NCBI GenBank assembly: GCA_965116025.1
Contig: OZ220480.1
Coordinates: 992,001 to 1,056,000, forward strand
Length of the DNA: 64,000 nucleotides
Origin: an uncultured candidatus Porisulfidus sp.
GTDB taxonomy: Bacteria; Pseudomonadota; Gammaproteobacteria; Poriferisulfidales; Poriferisulfidaceae
Direction of reading: 5' to 3'
In this document: positions 40,580 to 50,634 of the stretch, piece after piece
Numbering within the stretch: position 1 is the first letter of the stretch
Layout of the letters: each line of letters opens with the position of its first letter
Position numbers and translations under genes: made by a program
The notes under the pieces: model-generated
Databases searched by the model: none
Seen by the model: the letters and a program-made list of their open reading frames with translations, nothing else
Told to the model about the DNA's origin: nothing

Positions 40580-43078
40580 TCAGGCGCTCTTCGGGGAGGC
40601 GTCTTCTTTCGTGGCGTTCGTATCGGATTCTGGCGTGCCAGAATCCGCCTTCGAAGCGTTGGTGGAAAGGTTTTCGGGAGGCTTGAGCGGTAGAGAGACG
40701 ATCATGTCGGTGTGTTCGCCCTCTTTAGTGTCCACGCGGAGCTCGCCGCCATGTTCCCGGATGATGTCGCTGGATAGGGACAAACCGAGGCCCGTGCCCT
40801 TGTCCGGCGGTTTCGTCGTGAAGAACGGGTCGAAAATTTTCTTCAGCGCGGACTCCGGTATGCCATTTCCATTGTCTCGAACGTGGACCTCGAGAAACCC
40901 CTCGACCACCTTCGTGCTGAGTTGGAGCCTCGGCCAATAGGCTTTCGCGCGATCCTTGTCCTCCGCCACTAAGGCTTTCCGCTTCTCGTCGGTCGCGTAG
41001 CACGCGTTGGTCACCAGATTCAGAAAGACCCGGCCCAGGTTTTGCGGCTTCACCAGAAGCTTTTCGACATCTTTCGCGTAGTCTTCCTGGATCTCGAGCT
41101 GGAAATCGGGGTCGGCGGCGCGGGAACTGTGGAACGCGAGCATGGCATGCTGGTGCAGTAGCGCGCTGATGTCGGTGGGCTGCCAGTCTCCCGAATCGTG
41201 CCGGCCCATCTTGAGCATGTCCATGACGATTCGGTTGGCGCGCTCGCCATGCTCCTGGATGCGCCCCAGGTTTCCGGTCAGGTCTTGGGCGATCTCGTTG
41301 ACCAATTCCGCGTCGTACTCTTCCGTGGCTTCCGCGCCGGGCTTGTTTTTCGCCACCTCCTCCAGCAACTCTTCCAGCAAGTCTTTCGAGACCTGGGCGA
41401 AGTTCATGATGAAGTTCATGGGGTTCTTGATCTCGTGCGCGACCCCCGCGGTCAGCTGGCCGAGGGCCGCGAGTTTTTCCTGCATGACGACCTGATCTTG
41501 CGCGCTTTTCAGCTTCTCGTTCGCTTGCTCCAGGTCCTCGTACATCTCTTTCAGCTCGTCCGCCAATTGCTCGACGAGGCTCAGGCGCTGCACTTCCAGC
41601 GCGTTTTGCCGAAAGACCTCCAGCGCCTTGGCCAACTCTCCGATCTCGTCGTTTCCAGACACCTCGATGGGCGTTTCCAGCTTGCCGCCGGCGACGCTCC
41701 GAATCTGCTGGGAAATGGCGTCCAAGCGCCGGACCAGGCGCCGTTCCACGAAAAGCCATCCGATCAGGATCGCGCCCGTGATGCTGATAATGTTGATGAT
41801 CAGCAGCAGCGTCGAGCTTGTTCTGGTGATCTCGGCGGCTCTCTCCGCCATTTTTTGCGCGGTCAGACTGTATTCGCCCACGATGCCTTCCACGATCGCG
41901 ACGATGTCCACTCCCAGGGCCTGACTGTCGCGAAGCAATGAGGAGAGTTCTTCCTTGACGGCAAGATTTCGGCCATGAAGATCGAAGCCGTTTCCCTCCT
42001 CGCGGCCGATCGAGAGCATGCTCGAGAAGGATTCCGACAGGTCGCCATGTCTGGGGTGTTCCGACAGGGCGTCCAAAGAGCGGTTGGCGAGGCCGACCGT
42101 GGCCTCGAAGTTCTCTTGGAGCGGCCGTAGCATGGCCGCGTCGCTGACCGTGAACACGGTCGCGAGCAACTGGGTGGTCAGCGTGGCGGCCTCCCGCAAC
42201 TCCACCAGGTGCCGATAGGTCTGGAACTCCACTTCGGAGAAATGCGTCGCGCGGCGCGCGCGCTTGTCGTCCAGATCCCAATATCCCGTGATCGTGTAGA
42301 ACAGCTGATCGTCGATCTCGCGAAGCAGGATGGTCATCAACTGATCGTGCGCCAGATGCAGCTCCTTCGTCAGCGCGGCGGTGCGTTGGCGGAGATCGAA
42401 CCGCTCTCGAACCAGCGTCTTGATGCGCTCGATATTCTTGATGATGCCGGCTCCATCAACCTGGATTTTTCGCGCGCGCTCGTCGTTCTCTCGCTTCCTT
42501 AACATCGCCGTGAGCCCGTCCTCGAACGCCCGCTCCTGCGCCGACACCGATGCCGAGACATCCTCGAATTGCTGGATCGTGACCGCGGTCGCGAGCTGAG
42601 GGGCCGCCGCGACCAAGGTGGCCGTTTGCTGGGCGACGGTGAACGCCGCCTGCATTTCCGGCACGCTCTTCTCGCTGATGTCGTGCTGAACGGTGTTGAT
42701 GTGGTCGAGGACGAATATGGTGAGGATGCTGATGGTGATCACCAGCGCCACGGCGCCTCCGAAACTGATATGGAGCTGCGTCGAGATCCGGTTCCAGATT
42801 TTCGGAAACCGGCCGAAGAGCCGCGAGCGTCCGAGCTTCTGCGAGGTCTGGTTGACCAGGGAGAGAGCTTTCTCCAACCCGAAGCGAAGTCGCGGCGAGA
42901 GCCGTTCCCAAGCGCTTCGTAGCCTGCCAGCCATCCGCGTTCTCGCGAGCTTTTCCAAAGCTTGGCCGATCGCCGAGAGCGCGCTCTTCAGCCCCGCGCG
43001 AAGCCGCGATGAGGTCCGTGCCCAGGCCTCTCGCAGCGTGCGGAGCGTCTTGGCTCCCACGAGCTTCTCAATCTTCAT
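40580..43078 (-). CDS. Membrane sensor histidine kinase with large helical (TorS-like) periplasmic domain, HAMP, HisKA and HATPase
   Basis: Two TMs; GNDEIGELA (HAMP); AGVAHEIKNP; NLVTNA, DNGNGI, FDPFFTTK, GTGLGL. Confidence 0.88.
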   Translation of the reverse strand: MKIEKLVGAKTLRTLREAWARTSSRLRAGLKSALSAIGQALEKLARTRMAGRLRSAWERLSPRLRFGLEKALSLVNQTSQKLGRSRLFGRFPKIWNRISTQLHISFGGAVALVITISILTIFVLDHINTVQHDISEKSVPEMQAAFTVAQQTATLVAAAPQLATAVTIQQFEDVSASVSAQERAFEDGLTAMLRKRENDERARKIQVDGAGIIKNIERIKTLVRERFDLRQRTAALTKELHLAHDQLMTILLREIDDQLFYTITGYWDLDDKRARRATHFSEVEFQTYRHLVELREAATLTTQLLATVFTVSDAAMLRPLQENFEATVGLANRSLDALSEHPRHGDLSESFSSMLSIGREEGNGFDLHGRNLAVKEELSSLLRDSQALGVDIVAIVEGIVGEYSLTAQKMAERAAEITRTSSTLLLIINIISITGAILIGWLFVERRLVRRLDAISQQIRSVAGGKLETPIEVSGNDEIGELAKALEVFRQNALEVQRLSLVEQLADELKEMYEDLEQANEKLKSAQDQVVMQEKLAALGQLTAGVAHEIKNPMNFIMNFAQVSKDLLEELLEEVAKNKPGAEATEEYDAELVNEIAQDLTGNLGRIQEHGERANRIVMDMLKMGRHDSGDWQPTDISALLHQHAMLAFHSSRAADPDFQLEIQEDYAKDVEKLLVKPQNLGRVFLNLVTNACYATDEKRKALVAEDKDRAKAYWPRLQLSTKVVEGFLEVHVRDNGNGIPESALKKIFDPFFTTKPPDKGTGLGLSLSSDIIREHGGELRVDTKEGEHTDMIVSLPLKPPENLSTNASKADSGTPESDTNATKEDASPKSA

Positions 43079-44286
43079 CGCTTGGAGGGCAAGGTGACGA
43101 GCGGCATGTATCGGCCATCGTTTCCGATCGCCGTGAGGAACACGCTGTCCGATCCCTGGTTATCGCGCTCCCCGAATCGAAGGGCGAATCCGTCCAGGTC
43201 GATGGGATCTCCGCTTTTCAGGGCCACGTGGACGCACTCCCGCTCGACCCGCTCGCCGCAACGCCGCAGCGCCTGAATCGCGAGCCGACCCGCCAGGTAA
43301 CCCTCGAACGAAATGAAGCCGGGCTCGATAGATGGGTCATGCGCTTTCAGCGCGAAGCGGTAGGCGCGGGAGACCGGCATGGAGTCGCCCGTCGGGAAGG
43401 GAACCACTTGGGTGACCAAGACTCCGGCCCCCTCGGGCCCCAACTCTCTCGCCAGGGCGTTGCTGCCGACGAAGGAGAGCGTCATGAACACCGGGTCCAT
43501 GTCAAGGAGCCGCGCCCATTTGATGAACGTGGCGGCGGGCTTGTAGGGGCCGACGATGATGATCGCCTCCGGTTTCTTCGCCCGCAAGTCCAGCAGGGCC
43601 GTCTTAACGGCGATGGTGTTGCGGACGAACACGCCCATGCCGACCGGGGAGATCTGCCGGCGCTCCAGGGCGCGAAGAACGCCCCGCAGTCCGGCGAGGC
43701 CGAAGGAATCGTCCTGATAGAGAATGGCGATGCGCTGAATGTCCAGATCGGTGGTCAGCCGCTCCACCATCTCCTCGGTCTCTTGGTAGTACGAGGCGCG
43801 CAGGTTGATGACGGTATGGCGCGCGCTATCGCGCAAGAATTCCGCGCCAGTCATGGGAGCGATATAGGGAATTCCGCTCTCTTCCGTGACCGGCACCACC
43901 GCCCGGGAGGTCGGGGTGCCGACCGCCCCGATCAGCGCGAAGACGTCTTCCACGATCAATCGCCGGGTATTGGCGATGGCCGCGTCCGGCTCGTAGGAAT
44001 CGTTCAGGGAACGCAGATCGAGCCGGCGCCCGTGAATTCCCCCTTGGCGGTTGATTTCCTGAAAGGCTGCTTGGATACCGGCGCGCATGCTGATGCCGAG
44101 CTCCCGGGCCGGGCCTTCGAAGGCGGCGGATTGTCCGAACAGGATTCGATCCTCGAACACGCCGGGCGTGGCTGATGGCTCGTTCGAGGAGCTTCGCTCG
44201 CTTTGGGCGAAGGCCGCGCCGGTCAGGATCGCGGCCCAAAAAGCCGCGAGCATGCGCGTTAAGAAAAGCCCTCGCGAGGCCGGCAC
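43075..44286 (-). CDS. Periplasmic solute-binding protein (type I, LIV-like), no transporter genes nearby
   Basis: Signal peptide; ILFGQSAAFEGP, GGIHGR, DSYEP, GAVGTPT, LRASY.QE, SFEGYLAG. Confidence 0.85.
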   Translation of the reverse strand: MPASRGLFLTRMLAAFWAAILTGAAFAQSERSSSNEPSATPGVFEDRILFGQSAAFEGPARELGISMRAGIQAAFQEINRQGGIHGRRLDLRSLNDSYEPDAAIANTRRLIVEDVFALIGAVGTPTSRAVVPVTEESGIPYIAPMTGAEFLRDSARHTVINLRASYYQETEEMVERLTTDLDIQRIAILYQDDSFGLAGLRGVLRALERRQISPVGMGVFVRNTIAVKTALLDLRAKKPEAIIIVGPYKPAATFIKWARLLDMDPVFMTLSFVGSNALARELGPEGAGVLVTQVVPFPTGDSMPVSRAYRFALKAHDPSIEPGFISFEGYLAGRLAIQALRRCGERVERECVHVALKSGDPIDLDGFALRFGERDNQGSDSVFLTAIGNDGRYMPLVTLPSKR

Positions 44287-44290
44287 GTCG

Positions 44291-44707
44291 CTAGAGGTCC
44301 TTGATCATGATGAGATGGTTCCGGCCATCGTCCCGGTGATAGCGCAGGTCCGTCATCATGGTTTTGGCCAGCGCGATTCCCGCGCCCCCGACCCTGCGCT
44401 CCTCCAGCTCGCTTTCCGCGTCCATTTTTGGCGCCTCTCGCAACGGGTCGAAGGGGCGGCCGTCGTCGATGATCTCGATGGTCACGGCGTTCCCGTTTTT
44501 GGAGAGCGCGATCTCTATCTCGTGCTTGGCGTCATCGTCGTATCCGTAGCTGATGACGTTGGTGAATATCTCTTCCAGCGAGAGACGAAGCTGGAACAAC
44601 GCTTCGGAGGGAAGGTCCTGCCGCTCGCAGAACTCGGTCAAGAACTTCTCGATCGTTCGAATTTCCTCAATGCGATTGGGAACGGTCAAAGCGCGCGAGG
44701 ATGCCAT
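44291..44707 (-). CDS. Anti-sigma factor Ser/Thr kinase (RsbW/SpoIIAB-like)
   Basis: LEEIFTNVISYG, DDGRPFDP, GGAGI, Y.RDDGRN. Confidence 0.9.
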   Translation of the reverse strand: MASSRALTVPNRIEEIRTIEKFLTEFCERQDLPSEALFQLRLSLEEIFTNVISYGYDDDAKHEIEIALSKNGNAVTIEIIDDGRPFDPLREAPKMDAESELEERRVGGAGIALAKTMMTDLRYHRDDGRNHLIMIKDL

Positions 44708-44726
44708 CTTCTCGACCTCGCCAGCC

Positions 44727-45902
44727 TCACCCCGGAATCTTAAGAGTCAGGCAGGTGATATCGTCGGATTGCGGACTGTCGCCGGCGAAGTCGCCGACGG
44801 CGTCGAACACGGCTTCCGTCGCCTGCTTGGCGCTCTCGAAAGACCGATCCTTGAAGATCTGGCGAAATCGGTCCATCTCGAACATCTCGCCATCCTCTCG
44901 CTCCGCCTCCGACACTCCATCGGTGTACAGCACGACCATGGAGCCGGGCTCCAGAGTGATCGTTTCTTCCTGGAATGGAAAGCTCTCCTCGATGCCGAGC
45001 GCGATTCCGCCAGTGGATTCCAGCAGGTTCACCGAGGAGTCCGGGTGGACGACGATGGGCAGGTTGTGCCCGGCGTTCGAGTAGACGAAATTCCTCGTTT
45101 CGGGATCATAGATGCCGTATAGCAGGGTCACGAAAGTCATGGCGTCGTTGTTCTCGGACAGCATTTGGTTCACCTGTCCTAGCACTTGGGACGGGGAAAC
45201 CGAGCAAAACGCGCAGGCTTTCAGCAAGGTGCGGCTGGCCATCATGAACATGGCGGCCGGGACCCCTTTGTCCGACACGTCGGCGATGATGACCCCCAGC
45301 CGGCCATTGCCCAAGTCGTAGATGTCGTAGAAATCGCCGCCAACGGAGCGAGCCGCCACCATATGGGCGTGGACGTCGTACTTTTCCGTCGTCGGGAAGG
45401 TGGTTGGAAGGATGTTCTGCTGCATCTGCTGCGCCACGCTCAGCTCGTGCTGGACCGCGACGAGCTTGTCGCGCGAGCTCAACGCGTCCCGCCACATGAG
45501 AAGGTTCTCGATGGTCCGCTCCACCGTCATCTTGAGGTCCGAGAAATCGATCGGCTTGGTCACGAAATCGAACGCTCCGCGATTCATCGCGGTCCGGATG
45601 TTCTCCATGTCGCCGTAGGCGGACACCATCACGGCGCGGATGTTGGGGTCGACGTCCGGGATTTGCTCCAGCATCGTCAGGCCATCCATCACCGGCATGT
45701 TGATGTCGGACAGGACGATGTCGAAATCGTTGTCCGCGCGCAGGCGCTCCAGAGCTTCCGCGCCGTTGTGCGCGAACTCGAAGATGTAGCGTCCGTGCCT
45801 GACCTCTCTGCGCATCTGCTGCAGCATGAGATGCTCCAGATCCACCTCGTCGTCGACGACCAGGATCTTGACCTTGGCGTTCTTGAGCTTATCGTTATCC
45901 AT
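44727..45902 (-). CDS. Receiver domain + PP2C phosphatase (RsbU/SpoIIE-like)
   Basis: ILVVDDE, SDINMP.MDG (REC); GGDFYD, DVSDKG, NAGH, LYTDG, DDIT (PP2C). Confidence 0.92.
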   Translation of the reverse strand: MDNDKLKNAKVKILVVDDEVDLEHLMLQQMRREVRHGRYIFEFAHNGAEALERLRADNDFDIVLSDINMPVMDGLTMLEQIPDVDPNIRAVMVSAYGDMENIRTAMNRGAFDFVTKPIDFSDLKMTVERTIENLLMWRDALSSRDKLVAVQHELSVAQQMQQNILPTTFPTTEKYDVHAHMVAARSVGGDFYDIYDLGNGRLGVIIADVSDKGVPAAMFMMASRTLLKACAFCSVSPSQVLGQVNQMLSENNDAMTFVTLLYGIYDPETRNFVYSNAGHNLPIVVHPDSSVNLLESTGGIALGIEESFPFQEETITLEPGSMVVLYTDGVSEAEREDGEMFEMDRFRQIFKDRSFESAKQATEAVFDAVGDFAGDSPQSDDITCLTLKIPG

Positions 45903-46151
45903 TCAGTACCTCATTTCCAAACTCCGTTTCATTCCGAGACGGGAGGAATTCTCCCACGCCAAGACTCTTGAGCGTCAACAATCTATAAGGGCACTTTATT
46001 AAGGTGTCAAGGCGAGTATCTAAGGCTTATTCTAGCGTATCTCCTCTTGATCTCGTTCATGGTTCACGGGGAGGATTGGACCGTATTCGGATATTAACTC
46101 ACGTTTTGCGCTGTGATTGCAGTATAGTTGGTGCGGTGGCTGGCAGACATC

Positions 46152-48444
46152 CTAATCGGTGTCGTTTAGCGGGGCTTCATAGTCTTGGCTGTATTGTTTC
46201 AATAGAAAGTCTATTTGCGCCTTTTTCGCCTCTGCTTCTTTTTGAATTCTAGAAATTTCTGACGACAACTTTTGTAATGAAGTCAAGTCTTCTGGAACTG
46301 GCTTGGGAATTAGAACATCTAAAATTTGATGCTTTGTGAAAGTTTCTCTACCCACCAGATCTGTGGGAATTAATTGCCTTGGAAATTCTTTTCTCATCGC
46401 TCGAATCAAGTATTCAACAGGAACAACATCGTCCTTAATCTTTGCAACAAGTTGCGAGGTGCATGTGTAATAATCGTTCGAAATGGCGAAAAGACCATTG
46501 CCATTATTTGTGTGTAAAGTCCCAATAATAAGATCACCCGGCTCAGCAATTATTTTTTGGGATCCCCTAATATTTTTTCCTAATCTACGATTCCCTCTGA
46601 TTTTCACCGTGTTATTCTGGCTGTCCAAACTCGGTTCCGCGTAATACTTATCAGGGTTAAGGGAAGTTGCTTTTTCTTTGATTTCCAGTAAATTCCTTAA
46701 ACGCCAACATTCTCCTGCAGCATTAATAATTTTTTCGAATTCAATGAATGCCCCCCCCCCCCCCCCCCCCCCACTGCATCTTAATAGCACCTGGCAACAT
46801 TTCTAACTCGCTATCAGTTGCAAATTCAAGAATTTTAGGAATATCATTTTCTGGAATGGGTTCTCTGTTTTTATCCTGCGACATCCCATCTGCCTTTATG
46901 TGAACGAATGTAAATTCGCTTGTGTTTGCACGGTGAATATTATCAAGAATCAGAACCGCAGTTTGTGCTGTTGTGTAAAAAACGAAAGTCTTTTCAGGAA
47001 GCCGAATGCAGGCTCTGATATTACTTTTGTTTGCGATATATTCCCGAAGTTTCCTGTATTTGTCAGCATGACATAAAGTCAGTGGCAATACTATTGCAGC
47101 TGACCCCCCCGGTTTGATAGATTCAACACATTTAACGACACATAACTCATTCCAATCATCGCCTTCGAGGCCGCTCTTCTCGATAAATTGGAGCATTTGC
47201 TCTTTATCAATAGGGGCATCAATGTTGAAGGGTATGTTTGTTATCAACTTGTCATATTTCTTCCATTCTTGTCTTTTGAAACTGTCCCCTCGTTCAATAT
47301 TACTTTGGCCATCGCCCAGAAGAATCATATTCATTTTTGCAAGGCCAGAGGTGCTGTTGCTAATATCATTGCCATAAAGGGTGCTGTTCCTCAACTCCTC
47401 TAGCTTCTGATCAAATTTTGGGCTTGTGCTGTCCAGCCCCATTTTTATATCAAAGTAACAAGAAATCAGCATTCCACCTGTGCCGCAAAATGGATCAAGG
47501 ATCTTGTCTCCTGGCTGTGGATTCAACAGGTTTGACATCATAGATGTGATGTGCCTAGGCGTGAAGTACTGACCCAAAGCACTTTTATTTCCAATACTAT
47601 ATTTGGACAAGAAAAACTCGAATGCCTCTCCTTTAATATCAATGCCACTATTCGTAAAGTTGATGGGGTTGACCCGGTCCACAAGACTTTCCAAGATTTC
47701 AGGGTTATTAATTTCTGATCCCGAAAATATTTCCCCATACTCATCTCGATAGCCCTGCAGAACTTTTTTGTATATGTCAATGAGACCTTTCCCGCTTGCA
47801 CGTGAAATTTTTCCCCAATTCTGCTGGGCAGGACGGTTGCCGCGTTCAGCCATGATCTTAATAAAGAGCAACACGCAAAATTCCCTTAATTGATTAATGC
47901 CGGCATCAATACCGTCTCTACGCATAGAGTCGGCGGCCTCGGAGAAAATATCAATTAACGAATTTACGCTATCAATCACTTCACCTTGTGAAGCTGACGG
48001 TGATTGCACGAGTTCCTGCATCACATCCAATGGCGGAATGTAGTTGACCGGGTAGTTGTTCAAAGTCAAGTCTGATCCATCAGCATGCCTTGATCGCACC
48101 TGTATTCCGTCCGAGGCAAAAACCACCATAGGGGGGCTTTCATTAGCATAAGCGACTTTCGCATATTCTGTTGCTTGATCAAGAGCGTCATCAAGTTTTA
48201 TTCCCATTTTTTTGGCTTCTAAAAATGCGATCGGTTTAGATGAGCGGGGCCCATAAAAATGGTAATCCGGCCTTTTTCCGGCCTTCCGCAATCTGGATTT
48301 CATGAGCTCGTCACAGATTGCGCCCTCAAGTCTCACGAACGCATCATCAACACTTGAATTTGTTAATTTGAATCCGGCAGACTCAATCATTGAGTTTATG
48401 CGTATCCGCGCATGCGCCTCATTAGTACTCATCTTTGACTCCAA
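46152..48444 (-). CDS. Type IIG-like endonuclease-methyltransferase-specificity fusion, frameshifted at poly-G (phase-variable, OFF in this consensus)
   Basis: HsdR_N-like RPDY...FLEAKK; GQYFTP, DPFCGTGG, NIPF; after G22 an HsdS/TRD-like ORF continues in another frame; visibly AT-rich. Confidence 0.8.
46751..46772 (-). repeat. Poly-G tract (G22 on coding strand)
   Basis: 22 C on + strand, counted directly. Confidence 0.95.
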
Positions 48445-48484
48445 GGTTTACGTGCCCTGTGTTGTGTTGCCAATTCCTCTTATT

Positions 48485-50149
48485 TTAGTTTCTGATATGC
48501 AGCTCGATTTTCGCGGAGCCGACTCCCCTAGGGTCGGACGCGGCCTCCAACCTTCCCGCGCGAGCGTCCCACACGACCACCTGCATGTCGCCCCAGGGTT
48601 CCTCGACCTCGAAGACATGCCCCATGGCCTCAAGCCGCTTCCGGTCGATCGCCAGGTCCGGTTCGATGAAGACCTTGTCAGGGAGAGCTTGATGGTGCAG
48701 GCGCGGGCTCTCGACCAGGGCCTCGGCGTCGGCGCCCTGCAAGAAACGCAGGATTCCCTGCAGCGCCATCATGGTGATCCGGCTGCCGCCGGGAGTCCCG
48801 AGCAAGGCCAGCGAGTCGGCATGATAGACGGCGGTCGGCGCCATGGAGGAGAGCATGCGCTTTCCGGGCGCGATGGCGTTGGCCTCGCCGCCGACGAGGC
48901 CGTACAGATTCGGGGCGCCGGGTTTGGCGGAGAAATCGTCCATCTCGTTGTTCAGGAGGACTCCGGTGCCGGGCACGACGAACCCGGAACCGAACGGGCC
49001 GTTGATGGACAGGGTGGCGCTGACCCAGTTTCCGTCTTGGTCCAGAATGCTGAAGTGCGTGGTGTGCCCGGCTTCCGGCTCGCTCGCGCGCGACGCGCTT
49101 GAGCGCGTCGCGCGCTCATGGTCGAAATCCTTCATCAGATCCCGAGCGTATTCGGCGCTGGTCAGCCGCCGTACCGGAAGATCCACATGATCAGGGTCTC
49201 CCAGGCGTTTTGCGCGCTCCAGATAGGCTCGCCGCGACGCCTCGATCAAGCGGTGAGCGCGGGCGACGTCGTCGCGCTCGTCCAGCCAGTTCTCCCCCAG
49301 CATGTGAAAGATTTGCGCTAGCATGACGCCAGTGGCGGAAGGCGGGGCCGCGGTAACGATCTTGGCGCCGAGCGCGTGGATGGTGATTGGTTCCCGCTCC
49401 ACCACGCGGTATCGCGCGAGGTCCTCGCTCGTCCAGATGCCGCCGCTGGCCCGCGTTTCCCGCGCGAGAATCTCCGCCAGCGGGCCGTGGTAGAAGGCCC
49501 GCGCTCCTCGTTCGGCCAGCAGGCTCAGAGTCGAGGCCAGATCGGTCTGGACGATCCGCGCGTCGGGCCGGTCCGCGGTGAAAATCGAGGATGCCGGATA
49601 GCGTCGCAGGACTTCCGCGCGGACGGTCATGGCGCGTTCCAGTTTCGGGTTGAGAGACGTTCCTTCCCGAGCATGGCGAATGGCGGGCTCCAGGGCGCGC
49701 GCCAGCGGCAGGCGCGCGTACCGTTCCGCCAGATGCGCCCACGCGGCGGCGATCCCAGGGATTCCCGCGGCCAAGGGGCCGTTGAGAGCTCGGTCGCGGT
49801 CCACTTCCCCGTTCTCATCCAAGTACAGATCGCGGTGCGCGGCTAACGGCGCGCGTTCCCGGGCGTCCAGCATCACGGTATGGTCACGGGCGGCGTCGCG
49901 CAGCAGGAAGAATCCTCCTCCGCCGAGCCCGGAGCTGTAGGGCTCCACGACTCCAAGGACCGCGGATACCGCGATGGCCGCGTCGAAGGCGTTGCCGCCG
50001 GCGGCGAGAATCTCGAGACCGGCTTCCGTCGCGGCCGGGTGCGCGGTGGCGAGGGCGTGCCCGGGCGGGTGGTCTTGGGCCACCGCGAAGCCGCAAAGCA
50101 AGTAAAGCAGCAAGCACGGGAGGATGGGCCGTTTCATGAGTTCGCTCAC
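48485..50149 (-). CDS. ggt: Gamma-glutamyltransferase
   Basis: GGNAFDAA, SSGLGGGGF, HTTHFS, LNNEMDDF, SSMAP, GTPGGSRI, SDPRG. Confidence 0.93.
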   Translation of the reverse strand: MSELMKRPILPCLLLYLLCGFAVAQDHPPGHALATAHPAATEAGLEILAAGGNAFDAAIAVSAVLGVVEPYSSGLGGGGFFLLRDAARDHTVMLDARERAPLAAHRDLYLDENGEVDRDRALNGPLAAGIPGIAAAWAHLAERYARLPLARALEPAIRHAREGTSLNPKLERAMTVRAEVLRRYPASSIFTADRPDARIVQTDLASTLSLLAERGARAFYHGPLAEILARETRASGGIWTSEDLARYRVVEREPITIHALGAKIVTAAPPSATGVMLAQIFHMLGENWLDERDDVARAHRLIEASRRAYLERAKRLGDPDHVDLPVRRLTSAEYARDLMKDFDHERATRSSASRASEPEAGHTTHFSILDQDGNWVSATLSINGPFGSGFVVPGTGVLLNNEMDDFSAKPGAPNLYGLVGGEANAIAPGKRMLSSMAPTAVYHADSLALLGTPGGSRITMMALQGILRFLQGADAEALVESPRLHHQALPDKVFIEPDLAIDRKRLEAMGHVFEVEEPWGDMQVVVWDARAGRLEAASDPRGVGSAKIELHIRN

Positions 50150-50634
50150 GCTCCTCGGAGCTTCCGGATTAGCGTTTCCTGAATTTTCTCAGGCACGAAG
50201 TGCGCGATGTCTCCGCCCAGCATGGCGACCTCCTTGACCAGAGACGACGATACGAAAGCGTATTCCTTCGCGGGCGTCAGGAAGATGGACTCCAGATCCG
50301 GCGCCAGTTGCCGGTTCATGCTGGCGAGTTGGAACTCGTACTCGAAATCCGACACCGCGCGCAATCCCCGAAGGATGGCCTGAGCCTCCTTGGCGCGGGC
50401 GAAGTCGACGAGCAGGCCATCGAACGAGGCGACCTCGATTCGGTCGTCCGTGTCGGCGAGGGCCAGCCGGGCCATTCGAACGCGCTCTTCCACCGTGAAC
50501 GTTGGCCGTTTGGCGGAGTCCGTTCCGATGGCGACGATCACCCGGTCGAACAGGCGCAACGCGCGGTGGGCCAGATCGATATGGCCGAAGGTGATCGGGT
50601 CGAAAGTTCCCGGGTAGATGGCGCGTCGGATCAT
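50146..50634 (-). CDS. coaD: Pantetheine-phosphate adenylyltransferase
   Basis: YPGTFDPITFGH, RGLRAVSDFEYE, SSSLVKE. Confidence 0.96.
   Translation of the reverse strand: MIRRAIYPGTFDPITFGHIDLAHRALRLFDRVIVAIGTDSAKRPTFTVEERVRMARLALADTDDRIEVASFDGLLVDFARAKEAQAILRGLRAVSDFEYEFQLASMNRQLAPDLESIFLTPAKEYAFVSSSLVKEVAMLGGDIAHFVPEKIQETLIRKLRGA

Larger units (their letters stand above)
45960..48484. mobile_element. AT-rich horizontally acquired islet (R-M gene), no mobility gene visible
   Basis: Abrupt composition shift between the rsbU-like gene and ggt. Confidence 0.55.

Noticed and set aside
47104-47110. Short C7/G7 runs (also near 56835) as extra phase-variable sites
   Set aside because: In frame, short, and plausible by chance
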